From the NCBI GenBank assembly GCA_046541235.1, contig JBKHDR010000011.1, positions 518-64,517 on the forward strand: a stretch of DNA of 64,000 bases. The letters run 5' to 3'. This document shows, piece after piece, positions 45,613-56,145 of this stretch. This DNA is from Cyclobacteriaceae bacterium (GTDB lineage: Bacteria; Bacteroidota; Bacteroidia; Cytophagales; Cyclobacteriaceae). Every line of letters begins with the position of its first letter. The stretch's first letter is position 1. A program made the translations under genes and the position numbers. The notes beneath the pieces are model-generated. The model saw nothing but the letters and a program-made list of their open reading frames with translations, ran no database searches and had not been told where the DNA came from.

Positions 45613-47193
45613 ATGGCAGATGTAAGACCCGATGAGGTATCGGCAATATTAAGACAACAACTATCTGGCTTCAAGTCAGATGCTGAGCTCGAAGAAGTAG
45701 GTACTGTGCTCCAGGTAGGTGATGGCGTAGCCCGCATCTACGGACTGACCAAAGCCCAGTCAGGGGAGTTGCTTGAGTTTGAAAACGGACTCAATGCGCT
45801 GGTACTGAACCTTGAAGAAGATAACGTAGGTGCCGTACTCCTGGGTGAGCAGGGCGATATCAAAGAAGGTGATACCGTCAAGCGTACCGGACGTATTGCA
45901 TCCATCAAAGTGGGTGAAGGTATTTCTGGCCGTGTGGTCAACACTTTGGGTGAACCTATTGATGGCAAAGGCCCTATTGAAGGCGATACCTACGAAATGC
46001 CTATTGAAAGACGCGCTCCCGGTGTTATTTACCGCCAGCCGGTAAACGAACCCCTGCAGACCGGTGTAAAAGCGATTGACTCTATGATTCCGATCGGCCG
46101 CGGACAGCGTGAGCTGATCATCGGTGACCGCCAGACTGGTAAAACAGCTGTAGCCATAGATACCATCATCAACCAGAAAGAGTTCTATGACAGAGGCGAA
46201 CCCGTTTACTGTATCTACGTGGCCTGTGGACAGAAAGCCTCAACTGTAGCCGGTGTGGTAGCTACCCTGGAAAAGTACGGGGCAATGGCCTATACCACAG
46301 TAGTAGCCGCTACTGCTTCTGACCCTGCGCCTATGCAGTTCTTTGCCCCCTTTACAGGTGCGGTAATTGGTGAGTATTTCCGTGATACGGGAAGACCTGC
46401 CCTGGTGATATTTGATGACCTTTCCAAGCAGGCTGTTGCCTACCGTGAGGTGTCTCTGCTGCTCAGAAGACCTCCCGGACGCGAAGCTTATCCTGGAGAT
46501 GTATTTTACCTCCACTCTCGTCTGCTGGAACGTGCCGCCAAGCTCAATGCCAATGCTGAGATCGTTTCGCAGATGAACGACCTGCCCGATTCTATCAAGC
46601 CTATGGTCAAAGGGGGTGGTTCACTGACTGCATTGCCTATCATTGAAACCCAGGCGGGCGACGTTTCTGCTTATATCCCGACCAATGTGATCTCTATTAC
46701 AGATGGCCAGATATTCCTTGAAACCAGTCTTTTTAACGCCGGTCTGCGTCCTGCAATCAACGTGGGTATTTCAGTATCCCGCGTAGGAGGTTCGGCCCAG
46801 ATCAAATCTATGAAAAAAGTGGCCGGTACGCTCAAACTGGATCAGGCGCAGTTCCGTGAACTGGAAGCTTTTGCCAAATTTGGCTCTGACCTGGATGCAG
46901 CCACCAAGCTTACCATTGACCGTGGCAGAAGAAACCAGCAAATTCTGAAGCAGCCTCAGTATTCTCCCGTGCCGGTTGAAGAGCAGGTAGCCATCATCTT
47001 TGCCTCTACCCGCGGACATATGGACAAAGTTGCTCCTGAGCGTGTGAAGGATTTTGAAAGAGACTACCTGACACAGCTTAAAGCACAACACAGAGATGTG
47101 CTGGATGCCCTCAGAGCAGGTAAGCTTGATGACCATGTCACAGATACCCTGAAGAAAGTGGCCCTGGAGCTTTCAAACAGTTATAAAGCATAG
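45613..47193 (+). CDS. atpA: ATP synthase subunit alpha
   Basis: [19 protein letters not shown] (Walker A), [23 protein letters not shown]. Confidence 0.98.
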   Translation: MADVRPDEVSAILRQQLSGFKSDAELEEVGTVLQVGDGVARIYGLTKAQSGELLEFENGLNALVLNLEEDNVGAVLLGEQGDIKEGDTVKRTGRIASIKVGEGISGRVVNTLGEPIDGKGPIEGDTYEMPIERRAPGVIYRQPVNEPLQTGVKAIDSMIPIGRGQRELIIGDRQTGKTAVAIDTIINQKEFYDRGEPVYCIYVACGQKASTVAGVVATLEKYGAMAYTTVVAATASDPAPMQFFAPFTGAVIGEYFRDTGRPALVIFDDLSKQAVAYREVSLLLRRPPGREAYPGDVFYLHSRLLERAAKLNANAEIVSQMNDLPDSIKPMVKGGGSLTALPIIETQAGDVSAYIPTNVISITDGQIFLETSLFNAGLRPAINVGISVSRVGGSAQIKSMKKVAGTLKLDQAQFRELEAFAKFGSDLDAATKLTIDRGRRNQQILKQPQYSPVPVEEQVAIIFASTRGHMDKVAPERVKDFERDYLTQLKAQHRDVLDALRAGKLDDHVTDTLKKVALELSNSYKA

Positions 47194-47202
47194 ATTCACT
47201 TA

Positions 47203-47228
47203 AGGGCTGCAGAAATATCTGCAGCCCT
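47203..47228 (+). other. Perfect hairpin between atpA and atpG
   Basis: AGGGCTGCAGA-aata-TCTGCAGCCCT. Confidence 0.7.
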
Positions 47229-47254
47229 GCTTATTGAGATTCCCCAAAAAAATT

Positions 47255-48145
47255 ATGCCTAGCTTAAAAGCAGTAAAAAGCCGAATATCTTCGGTCAAGT
47301 CTACGCAGCAGATCACCAAAGCCATGAAAATGGTAGCGGCCTCCAAACTGCGCAGGTCACAGGACAGGCTTCTTCAGATGCGTCCTTATGCTGAGAAACT
47401 TACGCAGCTACTCAATAATGTTTCGGCCAACCTCAGCGAAGAGAATGTAAGCGAATACGCCCAAAGCAGAGAGGTCAACAATGTGCTCTTTGTGATATTT
47501 TCATCAGACCGTGGACTTTGTGGTGCTTTCAATACAAACCTCTACCGCTTTCTCAGGAAATACATCCCTGAAAACTTTGGCACTTACCAACGTGAAAACC
47601 GCCTGCACTTCATGACCGTGGGTAACAAAGCCAGAGATTACTACAAGCGTAAAGATGTAGACCTCGTAACCGACTATGTGAATCTTTTCAGCGAACATTC
47701 TTTTGATAATGTAAGGCCTGCTGCCGAAGATGTGATGAAGATGTTCCGCGAAAGGAAATACGACAAGGTCATTCTTATCTACAACACTTTCAAAAATGTA
47801 GCTACCCAGGTAGTAACTGCCGAGCAGTTTTTGCCGGTTGAAAATCAGCCAACAGAAGGTGAAGCACCCAGTAGCAACAGCAACACAGATTACATCTATG
47901 AGCCTTCAGAAAATTATATTGTAGAAGAACTTATCCCCCAGTCGCTGAAAATTCAGTTTTACAAAGCTTTTCTTGAGTCAGCAGCCTCTGAGCAGGGCGC
48001 CCGTATGACGGCCATGGACCAGGCGACAGAAAATGCCGGTGAGCTTCTGCAGCAGCTGAAACTTACCTACAACCGCACTCGCCAGGCGGCAATTACCAAG
48101 GAAATTCTTGAGATTGTGGCAGGTGCCAATGCCTTGGGTGGTTGA
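47255..48145 (+). CDS. atpG: ATP synthase subunit gamma
   Basis: QITKAMKMVAASK, SDRGLCGAFN, SEQGARMTAM, YNRTRQAAITKEI. Start placed at ATG 47255. Confidence 0.97.
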   Translation: MPSLKAVKSRISSVKSTQQITKAMKMVAASKLRRSQDRLLQMRPYAEKLTQLLNNVSANLSEENVSEYAQSREVNNVLFVIFSSDRGLCGAFNTNLYRFLRKYIPENFGTYQRENRLHFMTVGNKARDYYKRKDVDLVTDYVNLFSEHSFDNVRPAAEDVMKMFRERKYDKVILIYNTFKNVATQVVTAEQFLPVENQPTEGEAPSSNSNTDYIYEPSENYIVEELIPQSLKIQFYKAFLESAASEQGARMTAMDQATENAGELLQQLKLTYNRTRQAAITKEILEIVAGANALGG

Positions 48146-48172
48146 TCAACAGCTGATATTATTGTCATCGCC

Positions 48173-48198
48173 AAAAAGCCCTTTTCAGGGCTTTTTTT
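48173..48198 (+). terminator. Terminator after atpG
   Basis: AAAAAGCCCT-tttc-AGGGCTTTTTTT. Confidence 0.8.
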
Positions 48199-48227
48199 GT
48201 TAGCATTTTTAACGCTACCGCTCACTT

Positions 48228-49064
48228 ATGCTGCGAAAAACCATAGAGGTGATCAGTACCCTAAGCCTGGATGTAGTAGCAGGTGCCTGCATCAGCAGCC
48301 TTTTTGTGGCTGAAATGAGCGGTGTACAACTGCACTGGACATGGCTGCTGGCTTTGTGCATCTGTGTGTGGCTCATCTATACCGCAGATCATCTTTATGA
48401 TGCAGCGCATATCAATCACGCTGCACATTCAAAAAGACATAAATTTCATCAGCAGCACCGCAGGGGATTGCTGATCGCTCTGATTTTTACAGGAGTGGCG
48501 GGCATCTTCCTGCTCTTCATTCTCCCTCTTCCACTTCTTTACTGGGGAATGGGTGGCGTAGCCCTGGTAGGTAGTTACTTTCTTTTCATTCGGATCTTCA
48601 GACAGAAAGGGCTTTTACATAAAGAGCTGATCATTGCCTTTCTCTACCCGGCAGGTATATTTTTGCCCTCCTGGTACCAGCTAGAAGAAATCCCTGCTAT
48701 GATATGGTTACTCTATCTGCAGTTTGTCCTGCTGGCTTTGGCAAACCTGCTGCTGATCTCCGTTTATGAAAAAGAGATAGACCTCAAAGATGGGCATCAT
48801 TCGTTTGTACTTTCGTACGGGGCAGAAAAAACCATCAGGCTGGTGCAGTTCGCTCTGATTTTGTTTTATCTTTCTCTGGTTGCAAATTTTCTGTTTTATG
48901 AAAATTTGCAGGTTTTTGTTTCTGCCTCTATCATACTGCTCCTGATGGGCCTGGCTTTGCAATTGCTCATATACAAACCAAATTATTTTAAAAGCAGGGA
49001 GAGGTATCGTAAACTGGCAGACAGTATCTTTTTATTCCCACTTGTACTGCTGGTATTGCCATGA
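48228..49064 (+). CDS. UbiA-superfamily prenyltransferase-like membrane protein
   Basis: 8-9 TM segments; WLIYTADHLYD and EKEIDLKDG Asp-containing motifs. Confidence 0.6.
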   Translation: MLRKTIEVISTLSLDVVAGACISSLFVAEMSGVQLHWTWLLALCICVWLIYTADHLYDAAHINHAAHSKRHKFHQQHRRGLLIALIFTGVAGIFLLFILPLPLLYWGMGGVALVGSYFLFIRIFRQKGLLHKELIIAFLYPAGIFLPSWYQLEEIPAMIWLLYLQFVLLALANLLLISVYEKEIDLKDGHHSFVLSYGAEKTIRLVQFALILFYLSLVANFLFYENLQVFVSASIILLLMGLALQLLIYKPNYFKSRERYRKLADSIFLFPLVLLVLP

Positions 49065-49711
49065 CACACGCCTCTATGCAAAATATTGCCGGTATTTATG
49101 ATCTCCTGGCCTCAATGGTATTTGGAAGTCATTTGCAAAAGGCTCAGACGGCTTACCTGCATCATGTAACCCCACAAAGCAGTCTGCTGATTATCGGTGG
49201 GGGTAGTGGATGGATACTTAAAGAAATTTTAAAAAGAAGCAGTCCCTCTTCCATTTTTTACCTGGAAACTTCTGCCGCTATGCTTGAACTGGCCAGAAAA
49301 GAATGGGGTAAAATAGATAAGAAAGTCAGAGGAAAGACAGCCATAAGATTTGTACACGGCTCAGAAGAAGACATACCGGCCGAAAGTAAATTTGATGCGG
49401 TGCTTACTTTCTTCCTGCTGGACTGCTACACTACCCCTGAAGCCGGTCTGCTGATGAAAAAACTGAAAAATCACCTCAGAGCAGAGGGGCTATGGCTTTT
49501 TGCTGATTTCAGAATAGATATGAACAGCTTCAACCGATTTTGGCAAAAGCTGTTCATAAACATCATGTACCTGTTTTTTGGCCTGAGCTGTGGTTTGAAA
49601 AATCGCAGTTTACCCGATTTACAGCAGCTTTTTTCAGACCATGCTCTACAGATGACAGAAAACAGCTACTTTTTCTCTGGCTTTATACAGTCTTCAATTT
49701 ACCATTGTTAG
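49061..49711 (+). CDS. Class I SAM-dependent methyltransferase
   Basis: LIIGGGSG (motif I), [20 protein letters not shown]. 4-nt overlap with the upstream gene. Confidence 0.85.
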   Translation: MTHASMQNIAGIYDLLASMVFGSHLQKAQTAYLHHVTPQSSLLIIGGGSGWILKEILKRSSPSSIFYLETSAAMLELARKEWGKIDKKVRGKTAIRFVHGSEEDIPAESKFDAVLTFFLLDCYTTPEAGLLMKKLKNHLRAEGLWLFADFRIDMNSFNRFWQKLFINIMYLFFGLSCGLKNRSLPDLQQLFSDHALQMTENSYFFSGFIQSSIYHC

Positions 49712-50708
49712 ACTTACACGCTTTTTTCAGGCAGTCTTCTACCTCAATCACCATATCTATAGAACCCACGATGAAAGGAGTCCGCTGATGGAAGACTTTG
49801 GGTTTGATATCCAAAATTGGCTTATGGCCATCAGAGGCTATGCCTCCCGCCTGCTCAATAATAAAAGCCAGTGAGTTACATTCATACAGTAGCCTCAGCT
49901 TTCCTTCAGTATTTTTTTTGGTTGCGGGATAAACATACACGCCCCCTTTGAGCAGGTTGCGGTGAAAGTCTCCTACTAAAGAACCGATGTAACGAGCTGA
50001 ATACTTGCGCCCTTTACACTGCAATATATATTCAATGATCCCTTCTTCATAGTCATCATAATAGCCTTCATTGATAGAAAATATATTACCATTTTGAGGG
50101 ATACGCATATTCTGATGAGAGAGGAAAAATTCGCCCAGGGAAGGCTCATAGGTAAAGCCGTTGACACCATTACCGGTAGTGTACACCAGCATGGTAGATG
50201 AACCATAAAGCAGGTAACCTGCCGCTACCTGTGCTCTGCCTGGCTGCAAAAGGTCTTCAGCCGTAGCCGGACTCCCCACGGGCGACTTACGCCTGTAAAT
50301 AGAAAAAATAGTACCGATGGATACGTTTACATCAATATTGGAAGAGCCATCTAAAGGATCAATAGCTACCAGGTACTTGGAATTAGGGTTGAGGTGCACC
50401 ATTTCTTCATTCTCTTCTGAAATGAGTGCGCATACCTCCCCGCCATTACGCAGTGCCCTGATAAAGCGGATATTGGCTACTATATCCAGCTTCTGCTGAT
50501 TTTCTCCCTGTACGTTGGTCTCGCCAAAATCGCCTATGATATTATTGAGCCCCGCCCGGCTGATTTCCTTGTTGAGAATTTTGCCGGCAAGGGCGATATC
50601 CCTGAGTAATTGAGATAATTCTCCTGAAGCGTAGGGAAAATCCTCCTGGTTTCTTTTGATAAACCTGTCCAGTGTGGTGCCTACTGGTAATCCTAAGTCT
50701 TCACCCAT
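49683..50708 (-). CDS. fbp: Fructose-1,6-bisphosphatase class 1
   Basis: [43 protein letters not shown]. Start placed at ATG 50708. Confidence 0.96.
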   Translation of the reverse strand: MGEDLGLPVGTTLDRFIKRNQEDFPYASGELSQLLRDIALAGKILNKEISRAGLNNIIGDFGETNVQGENQQKLDIVANIRFIRALRNGGEVCALISEENEEMVHLNPNSKYLVAIDPLDGSSNIDVNVSIGTIFSIYRRKSPVGSPATAEDLLQPGRAQVAAGYLLYGSSTMLVYTTGNGVNGFTYEPSLGEFFLSHQNMRIPQNGNIFSINEGYYDDYEEGIIEYILQCKGRKYSARYIGSLVGDFHRNLLKGGVYVYPATKKNTEGKLRLLYECNSLAFIIEQAGGIASDGHKPILDIKPKVFHQRTPFIVGSIDMVIEVEDCLKKACKSNNGKLKTV

Positions 50709-50740
50709 GGTGTAAAAATTTTGTGTGGTAAAAACATAAA

Positions 50741-51217
50741 TCAGAGCCGATGCTCTTTTTTTATATAATCTAACAAATTTCGGCAACTTCTCAAGAGGAT
50801 ATCGTGCACTTCAATAAAACCGTTTCGCTCACTCCAGTAGGGGTCGGGTACATCCAGCGCATCTGCATTATCTTCAAACTCCCGCATCAGAAATACCTTC
50901 TTTTTGACTTCATCATCTGTGGTAAGGCTCAATATATTATTGCGGTTACTCTGGTCCATAGCAATGATGTAATCAAATCCTTCAAAATCTTCAGAAGAGA
51001 ACTGACGGGCCAGGTGATCAAGCTGCAGCTTTTTCTCCTGCACCACATCCATCGTACGAGGGTCAGGACGGCTGCCGATATGGTAGTCAGAGGTACCTGC
51101 AGAGTCGGAACTGATCTTATCTTCAAGCCCGTCGCGGCTTAGGAGTGCATTAAACACAGCCTCTGCCATAGGCGACCGGCAGATATTACCCAGGCAGACA
51201 AAAAGAACTTTGATCAT
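50741..51217 (-). CDS. Low-molecular-weight protein-tyrosine phosphatase
   Basis: [15 protein letters not shown]-loop; DSAGT; VPDPYW. Confidence 0.95.
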   Translation of the reverse strand: MIKVLFVCLGNICRSPMAEAVFNALLSRDGLEDKISSDSAGTSDYHIGSRPDPRTMDVVQEKKLQLDHLARQFSSEDFEGFDYIIAMDQSNRNNILSLTTDDEVKKKVFLMREFEDNADALDVPDPYWSERNGFIEVHDILLRSCRNLLDYIKKEHRL

Positions 51218-51567
51218 AATTTACATTGTTTACTTTTTGAAAAAAAAATCAGCTTAAAGAAACAAAAATTAGCCACCTCCCAAAAATCACCATTTTCATT
51301 ACATCATAAATTACTGTAAAACAGCATCTTATAAATTAATTAAAAAAATTGCCATTTTTTTCTGGCAGGGGGGGTTACCTTTTCAATGGTAGAGGTATAT
51401 ATAGGTACATAACACAAATTGTTTTTATTCATACACCTGTTTACAGCGAGAAGACCTTCTTTATTTAAGAAGGTTTTTCTTTTTTCAGCCGTCTTTCAGT
51501 TGACTGCATTCTTCATAAGCCTTTTGTTTCCACACTCGCTTTTAAATAAAGCCTCGGCTTAATTTAC

Positions 51568-51597
51568 AAAAAAAAGCCAGGCTAAATCAACCTGGCT
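51568..51597 (-). terminator. Terminator after the acyl-CoA dehydrogenase
   Basis: A run followed by AGCCAGG-ctaaatcaa-CCTGGCT. Confidence 0.65.
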
Positions 51598-51625
51598 GTT
51601 TTCCATCTTGCTTCTACTTATCTAA

Positions 51626-53422
51626 CTAAAACGCATATGATTTCTTTTCAATCAGGTAATCTGCGATAGACCTTCTCAGTTCTTTCATATTGTAAAGATC
51701 AATCTTAGTAAATCGCTTCAGTCCCATCAGCATCACTCTCTGCTCGTCACCTTTGGCAAAAGAGGCAATGGCCTGCTTGCCATGAGAGTTGATCTTATCA
51801 ACAGCCATATACAGGTAGAGCTTAGTCATATTGATCTGCTGCTCGCAGGCGGCCTCACCACGCTGTCCGATCAGCTTCTCTGTCCTGAGCAGGGTAGATT
51901 CTGCCGCATAGATCTCTATCATCATGTCGGCTACGTCCATCAGGATTTCCTGCTCATGGTCCAGCTTGGCACCAAAGTCCTGAGCGGCTTTACCGGCTAC
52001 CATCAATACGGCCTTCTTCAGGTTTTTCAGTACTTCTTTTTCTTTGGCAAACATGCCGTTAAGGTCAGTACTGCCGAAATCCGGAACCGAAGTAAGTTCT
52101 TTAGCTACTGCCATGGCAGGACCAAGCAGGTTGATCTCACCTTTGAGAGCGCGTTTGATCGTCATACCTACCAGCAGCATACGGTTGATCTCGTTGGTAC
52201 CTTCGTAGATACGGGAGATACGGGCGTCACGGTAGGCTCTTTCCATTGGTGCTTCTGCTGAGAAGCCCATACCACCGTAAATCTGTACACCTTCGTCCAC
52301 GCAGTAATCCAGTACTTCGGAGCCGTGTACTTTCATAATGGCACACTCTATGGCAAATTGCTCCACTCCTTTGAGCTTAGCTTCAGCCTCAGGCATACCT
52401 TCTTCAATAAGCGCTGCAATGCGGTCTTCAATATCCTGACCGGCACGGTATGAAGCCGACTCGGTAGCATAGATGAGGGTAGCCATATTGGCCAGCTTTT
52501 GCTTGATTGCACCAAAATTGGCGATGGAAACACCAAACTGCTTACGGTCAAGAGCATATTGTACAGAGTTGGTTACTACCTCTTTACAGCCACCGATCAC
52601 CCCGGCACCCAGCTTGATACGACCGATATTCAGGATATTTACGGCAATCTTAAAGCCATTGCCTCTGCTAGAAAGCATGTTCTCAACCGGCACCATGGTA
52701 TCATTGAAAAATACCTGGCGGGTAGATGAACCTTTGATACCCATTTTCTTTTCTTCCTCATTCATGGTAATACCACCAAAGGTTTTCTCCACGATGAAGG
52801 CAGTGAGGTTTTTGTCGTCCTCTATACGGGCAAATACGATAAATAAATCTGCGAAGCCTCCGTTGGAGATCCACATTTTTTGCCCGGTAATTTTGTAGTG
52901 TTTACCATCTTCACTCAGTACCGCTTTGGTCTTGCCAGAATTGGCATCAGAACCAGCATCAGGCTCGGTGAGGCAGTAGGCGGCCTTCCATTCGCCACTC
53001 GCCAGCAAAGGAAGATACTTCTGCTTCTGCTCCTCATTTCCATAATAAAGAATGGGCAAGGTACCAATGCCGGTATGTGCACCGTAGGCCGTTGAGAATG
53101 AACCTGCTGAACCGATAATATCAGCAATCAGCATAGAAGTGTTGAAGCTCATGCCTAAGCCACCATATTCTTCAGGTATAGAAATACCCAGCAGGCCCAG
53201 TTCACCGGCTTTGTCAAGCAGGCTGGGCATCAGTCCGGGCTCCAGGCTATCAATTCTATCTATAATCGGCTTGATTTCCTTGTCGATGAAATCCTGGGTA
53301 GCCTGGGCCATCATACGCTGTTCTTCACTGAACTCTTCAGGAATGAAAATATCTCTGGCCGCAGTTTCCTTGATCAGGAATTCGCCTCCGTTGATGGCTT
53401 GCTTTTTTGATAGTGTTTCCAT
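51626..53422 (-). CDS. Acyl-CoA dehydrogenase (long, ACADVL/FadE-like)
   Basis: YCLTEPDAGSD, ITGQKMWISNG, EEKKMGIKGSST, QIYGGMGF, RIYEGTNEIN. Confidence 0.95.
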   Translation of the reverse strand: METLSKKQAINGGEFLIKETAARDIFIPEEFSEEQRMMAQATQDFIDKEIKPIIDRIDSLEPGLMPSLLDKAGELGLLGISIPEEYGGLGMSFNTSMLIADIIGSAGSFSTAYGAHTGIGTLPILYYGNEEQKQKYLPLLASGEWKAAYCLTEPDAGSDANSGKTKAVLSEDGKHYKITGQKMWISNGGFADLFIVFARIEDDKNLTAFIVEKTFGGITMNEEEKKMGIKGSSTRQVFFNDTMVPVENMLSSRGNGFKIAVNILNIGRIKLGAGVIGGCKEVVTNSVQYALDRKQFGVSIANFGAIKQKLANMATLIYATESASYRAGQDIEDRIAALIEEGMPEAEAKLKGVEQFAIECAIMKVHGSEVLDYCVDEGVQIYGGMGFSAEAPMERAYRDARISRIYEGTNEINRMLLVGMTIKRALKGEINLLGPAMAVAKELTSVPDFGSTDLNGMFAKEKEVLKNLKKAVLMVAGKAAQDFGAKLDHEQEILMDVADMMIEIYAAESTLLRTEKLIGQRGEAACEQQINMTKLYLYMAVDKINSHGKQAIASFAKGDEQRVMLMGLKRFTKIDLYNMKELRRSIADYLIEKKSYAF

Positions 53423-53463
53423 GAATAGCTGTATTTAAGATGTTTACTGATTAATAACTGCAA

Positions 53464-53526
53464 ATTTGTTATGCATACATAACAAATATAAATATAACTT
53501 TTGAAAAATAGTATGCATGCATAACT
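53464..53526. promoter_or_regulatory. Two palindromic operator-like sites upstream of the acyl-CoA dehydrogenase
   Basis: ATTTGTTATG-cata-CATAACAAAT (53464-53487) and TATGCATGCATA (53512-53523); consensus TATGCATRCATAAC. Confidence 0.6.
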
Positions 53527-54021
53527 TTTTTATCAAATTAAAAACCTGTTCATGAGCAAGAAAAGTTTCATGCGTTCTGTCTCAGGTAGCAACATCAATG
53601 AGCATTCTTGATAACATACACAAACAGGCAAGATCACTACTTCAATGAGTTCTGGCTTAGCTCTCTCACTTGTACTTGACCTTAAAAAAAGGAAAGGGAT
53701 AGCTCAAATATTTGTGCCTTATCATTTACCTGATGCTATATGTGCAAGTCCCGCGGGGTAGGTTGTTTTCAAGCCATCGCGTTGTAATACGATCATCACA
53801 TTTTTAAAATAGCAGAAGTAATTTTTGGGCTTGAAAGCTGATCTATAGCAGGGCCGCTGCCGCTCTGAGATATTATTCTGAGAATAATTATACCCATTCC
53901 AGACAGCTTATTTATCCCTCATGCATGTTCATTATGAAGCACGTGTTTAAAACAAAATCCCCTTGTAAGTTTTACATAGAGGTAGATTTAAAAAGCGAGC
54001 TCGCTTACCAGACTCAAAAAC

Positions 54022-55902
54022 ATGAAGAAGCCAGAAAAATTAAAGAAAACACTAGGTCTCTATGATGTTTTCTCTGTAAGTACCGGGGCTATGTTTAGCT
54101 CGGGTTTTTTTTTACTGCCAGGGCTGGCAACAGCAGAAGCAGGTCCGGCTACAGTTATTTCTTATTTTATTGCAGGGCTGCTTATCCTGCCTACACTCTT
54201 TAGCATGGCAGAACTGTGTACAGCTATGCCAAAAGCAGGCGGATCTTTCTATTTTATAGACAGGAGCTTAGGACCCTTATTTGGTACTGTTGGTGGTTTG
54301 GGAACCTGGGTAGCCCTGGTTTTTAAAAGTGCCTTTGCTCTGATCGGCATGGGTGCTTATCTGGCTATATTTATTGATTTTTCAGTTACTCCGATAGCCA
54401 TTGCCCTTACCGTAGCTTTTACGCTGCTTAACATTTTTGGGGTAAAAGAAACCACTCTTCTTCAACGAATACTGGTCACCGTCCTGATCGTTATTTTGTC
54501 CTTTTTTATCGTAGCGGGTTTTCTGAAAGTACAACAGATGGGTTGGATTCCGGTTACGGAAAGACAGTTTATTCCTTTCATGCCTTTTGGTTTTGAATCT
54601 GTTATTTTTACTACAGGCCTGGTTTTCGTTTCCTACGCAGGGCTTACTAAAGTTGCCAGTATTGCTGAGGAGGTAAAAGACCCGGAGAGAAATATACCAC
54701 TAGGCATGCTACTTTCGCTGGGGGCTGCTAGTTTTCTTTATGTTACCGGTGTGTACATACTTATAGCCGTGCTGCCAGCTGATGAACTAAGAGAAGACCT
54801 GACGCCCTTAGCTACTGCTTCATCTGAAATCCTGGATTGGCTCCCGGACCAAGTCAGTTTAATCATCATCACTTCGGCCGCTATCGCTGCTTTCACCTCT
54901 ACTGCCAATGCAGGCATTTTGTCTGCTTCTCGCTACCCCATGGCCATGGCCAGGGATAAGTTGCTACAGTCACGTTTTAAAGAAATCAGTAAGTTCGGTA
55001 CTCCTATCGTTGCCGTTTCTGTCACCGGAGCCATGATGATTGTGATCATACTTTCTTTTTCAGAGCTGGGTCTGGCCAAACTGGCCAGTGCTTTTCAGCT
55101 TCTGATTTTTACGATCCTCAATTTAGCTGTGATCATCATGCGTGAAAGTAATATCCCTTCTTATCTTCCTGGTTACAAATCACCTTTTTACCCCTGGATG
55201 CAGGTATTAGGAATAGGTTTTTCAGCCTTTTTGATTTTAAAGATGGGTATGTTATCTGTACTGTTCTCCGTAGGCGTCATATTGATCGGAGTACTCTGGT
55301 TTTATGTCTATGCACGTAGCAATGTAAAGAGAGAGGGAGCTATTTATCATATTTTTGAGAGGCTGGGCAGAAAGCATCATAAAAGCCTGGAGGATGAGTT
55401 CCGGATGATACTTAAAGAAAAAGGGCCCATAGACCCCTCTGTTTACGATAATATGATTGCCCGCGCAGATGTATTGATCGCAGAACAACACGCATCTTTT
55501 GAGGATGCCCTGGAAAAAGCGGCCAGAAGTATTGAGCAAAGCACTTCTTTAGATTATGAAAAAATCATGGAGCATATCATGGGAGAAAAAAACCTGGAAA
55601 ACACGCCGGTAATCAATCAGATTGCCCTGTCTCACTTCTCCGACCCTACCATTAGTGAACCCGAACTGGTCATCATGCGCCTGAAGGAGAATATCGTATT
55701 TGAAAGGCCTGGCGACGGACGAGAAAATAAGTTACTCAAGGGAGTCATACTTTTATCAGGCAATGTAAGCACAAAGAACATGCACCTGCGCTTACTCAGT
55801 CAACTGGCTAACATCATAGACCGTGAAGATTTTCTGGAAAGATGGCACGCTGTCCAAAATAAAGATGAACTGAAAGAATGCTTTACGACTGCTGATAATT
55901 AA
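54022..55902 (+). CDS. APC-family amino acid permease fused to a C-terminal PTS EIIA-like domain
   Basis: GAMFSSGFFLLPG, MPKAGG, SYAG..KVASIAEEVKDP, SASRYP; EIIA-like IALSH and HLRLLSQLA. Confidence 0.85.
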   Translation: MKKPEKLKKTLGLYDVFSVSTGAMFSSGFFLLPGLATAEAGPATVISYFIAGLLILPTLFSMAELCTAMPKAGGSFYFIDRSLGPLFGTVGGLGTWVALVFKSAFALIGMGAYLAIFIDFSVTPIAIALTVAFTLLNIFGVKETTLLQRILVTVLIVILSFFIVAGFLKVQQMGWIPVTERQFIPFMPFGFESVIFTTGLVFVSYAGLTKVASIAEEVKDPERNIPLGMLLSLGAASFLYVTGVYILIAVLPADELREDLTPLATASSEILDWLPDQVSLIIITSAAIAAFTSTANAGILSASRYPMAMARDKLLQSRFKEISKFGTPIVAVSVTGAMMIVIILSFSELGLAKLASAFQLLIFTILNLAVIIMRESNIPSYLPGYKSPFYPWMQVLGIGFSAFLILKMGMLSVLFSVGVILIGVLWFYVYARSNVKREGAIYHIFERLGRKHHKSLEDEFRMILKEKGPIDPSVYDNMIARADVLIAEQHASFEDALEKAARSIEQSTSLDYEKIMEHIMGEKNLENTPVINQIALSHFSDPTISEPELVIMRLKENIVFERPGDGRENKLLKGVILLSGNVSTKNMHLRLLSQLANIIDREDFLERWHAVQNKDELKECFTTADN

Positions 55903-56089
55903 TCGGTACCGGATCTGCAGGAAGATCCAGCCGCTGATGAGCTTATCAGAAATGGATAAAGTTCTGATGTATGCAGAAACCTGATAAGTTTATCCCTTCT
56001 TACAGTCACGGTTCTAAAGGAGACCATGAGTCAGTTGAAGAAGAAATATTTATAAAAGATGTGCTGAGTGAGTGTCTGCCGTAAAAGAA

Positions 56090-56114
56090 GAAGTGACCCC
56101 AAAGGAGTCACTTC
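56090..56114 (-). terminator. Terminator after the S9 peptidase
   Basis: GAAGTGAC(CCC-aaa-GGA)GTCACTTC preceded by an A-rich run. Confidence 0.6.
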
Positions 56115-56145
56115 ATGATAATTTATGGTAACAACGCTAAAAATG

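Noticed and set aside
42995-48145. ATP synthase cluster lacking atpD and atpC
   Set aside because: A split atp operon is the normal arrangement in Bacteroidota.
53685-53765. AAGGGA...GTGCAAGTCCC resembling part of a cobalamin riboswitch upstream of the APC permease
   Set aside because: The spacing is wrong and there is no downstream B12 box (GCCACTG / CCCGCnACTGT).
55931-55995. CTGATGAG...GAAAC resembling a hammerhead ribozyme core
   Set aside because: The required stem II-closing CGAAA and a correctly placed stem III/UH cleavage triplet are missing (the sequence reads CAGAAAC). Kept only as a generic structured element.
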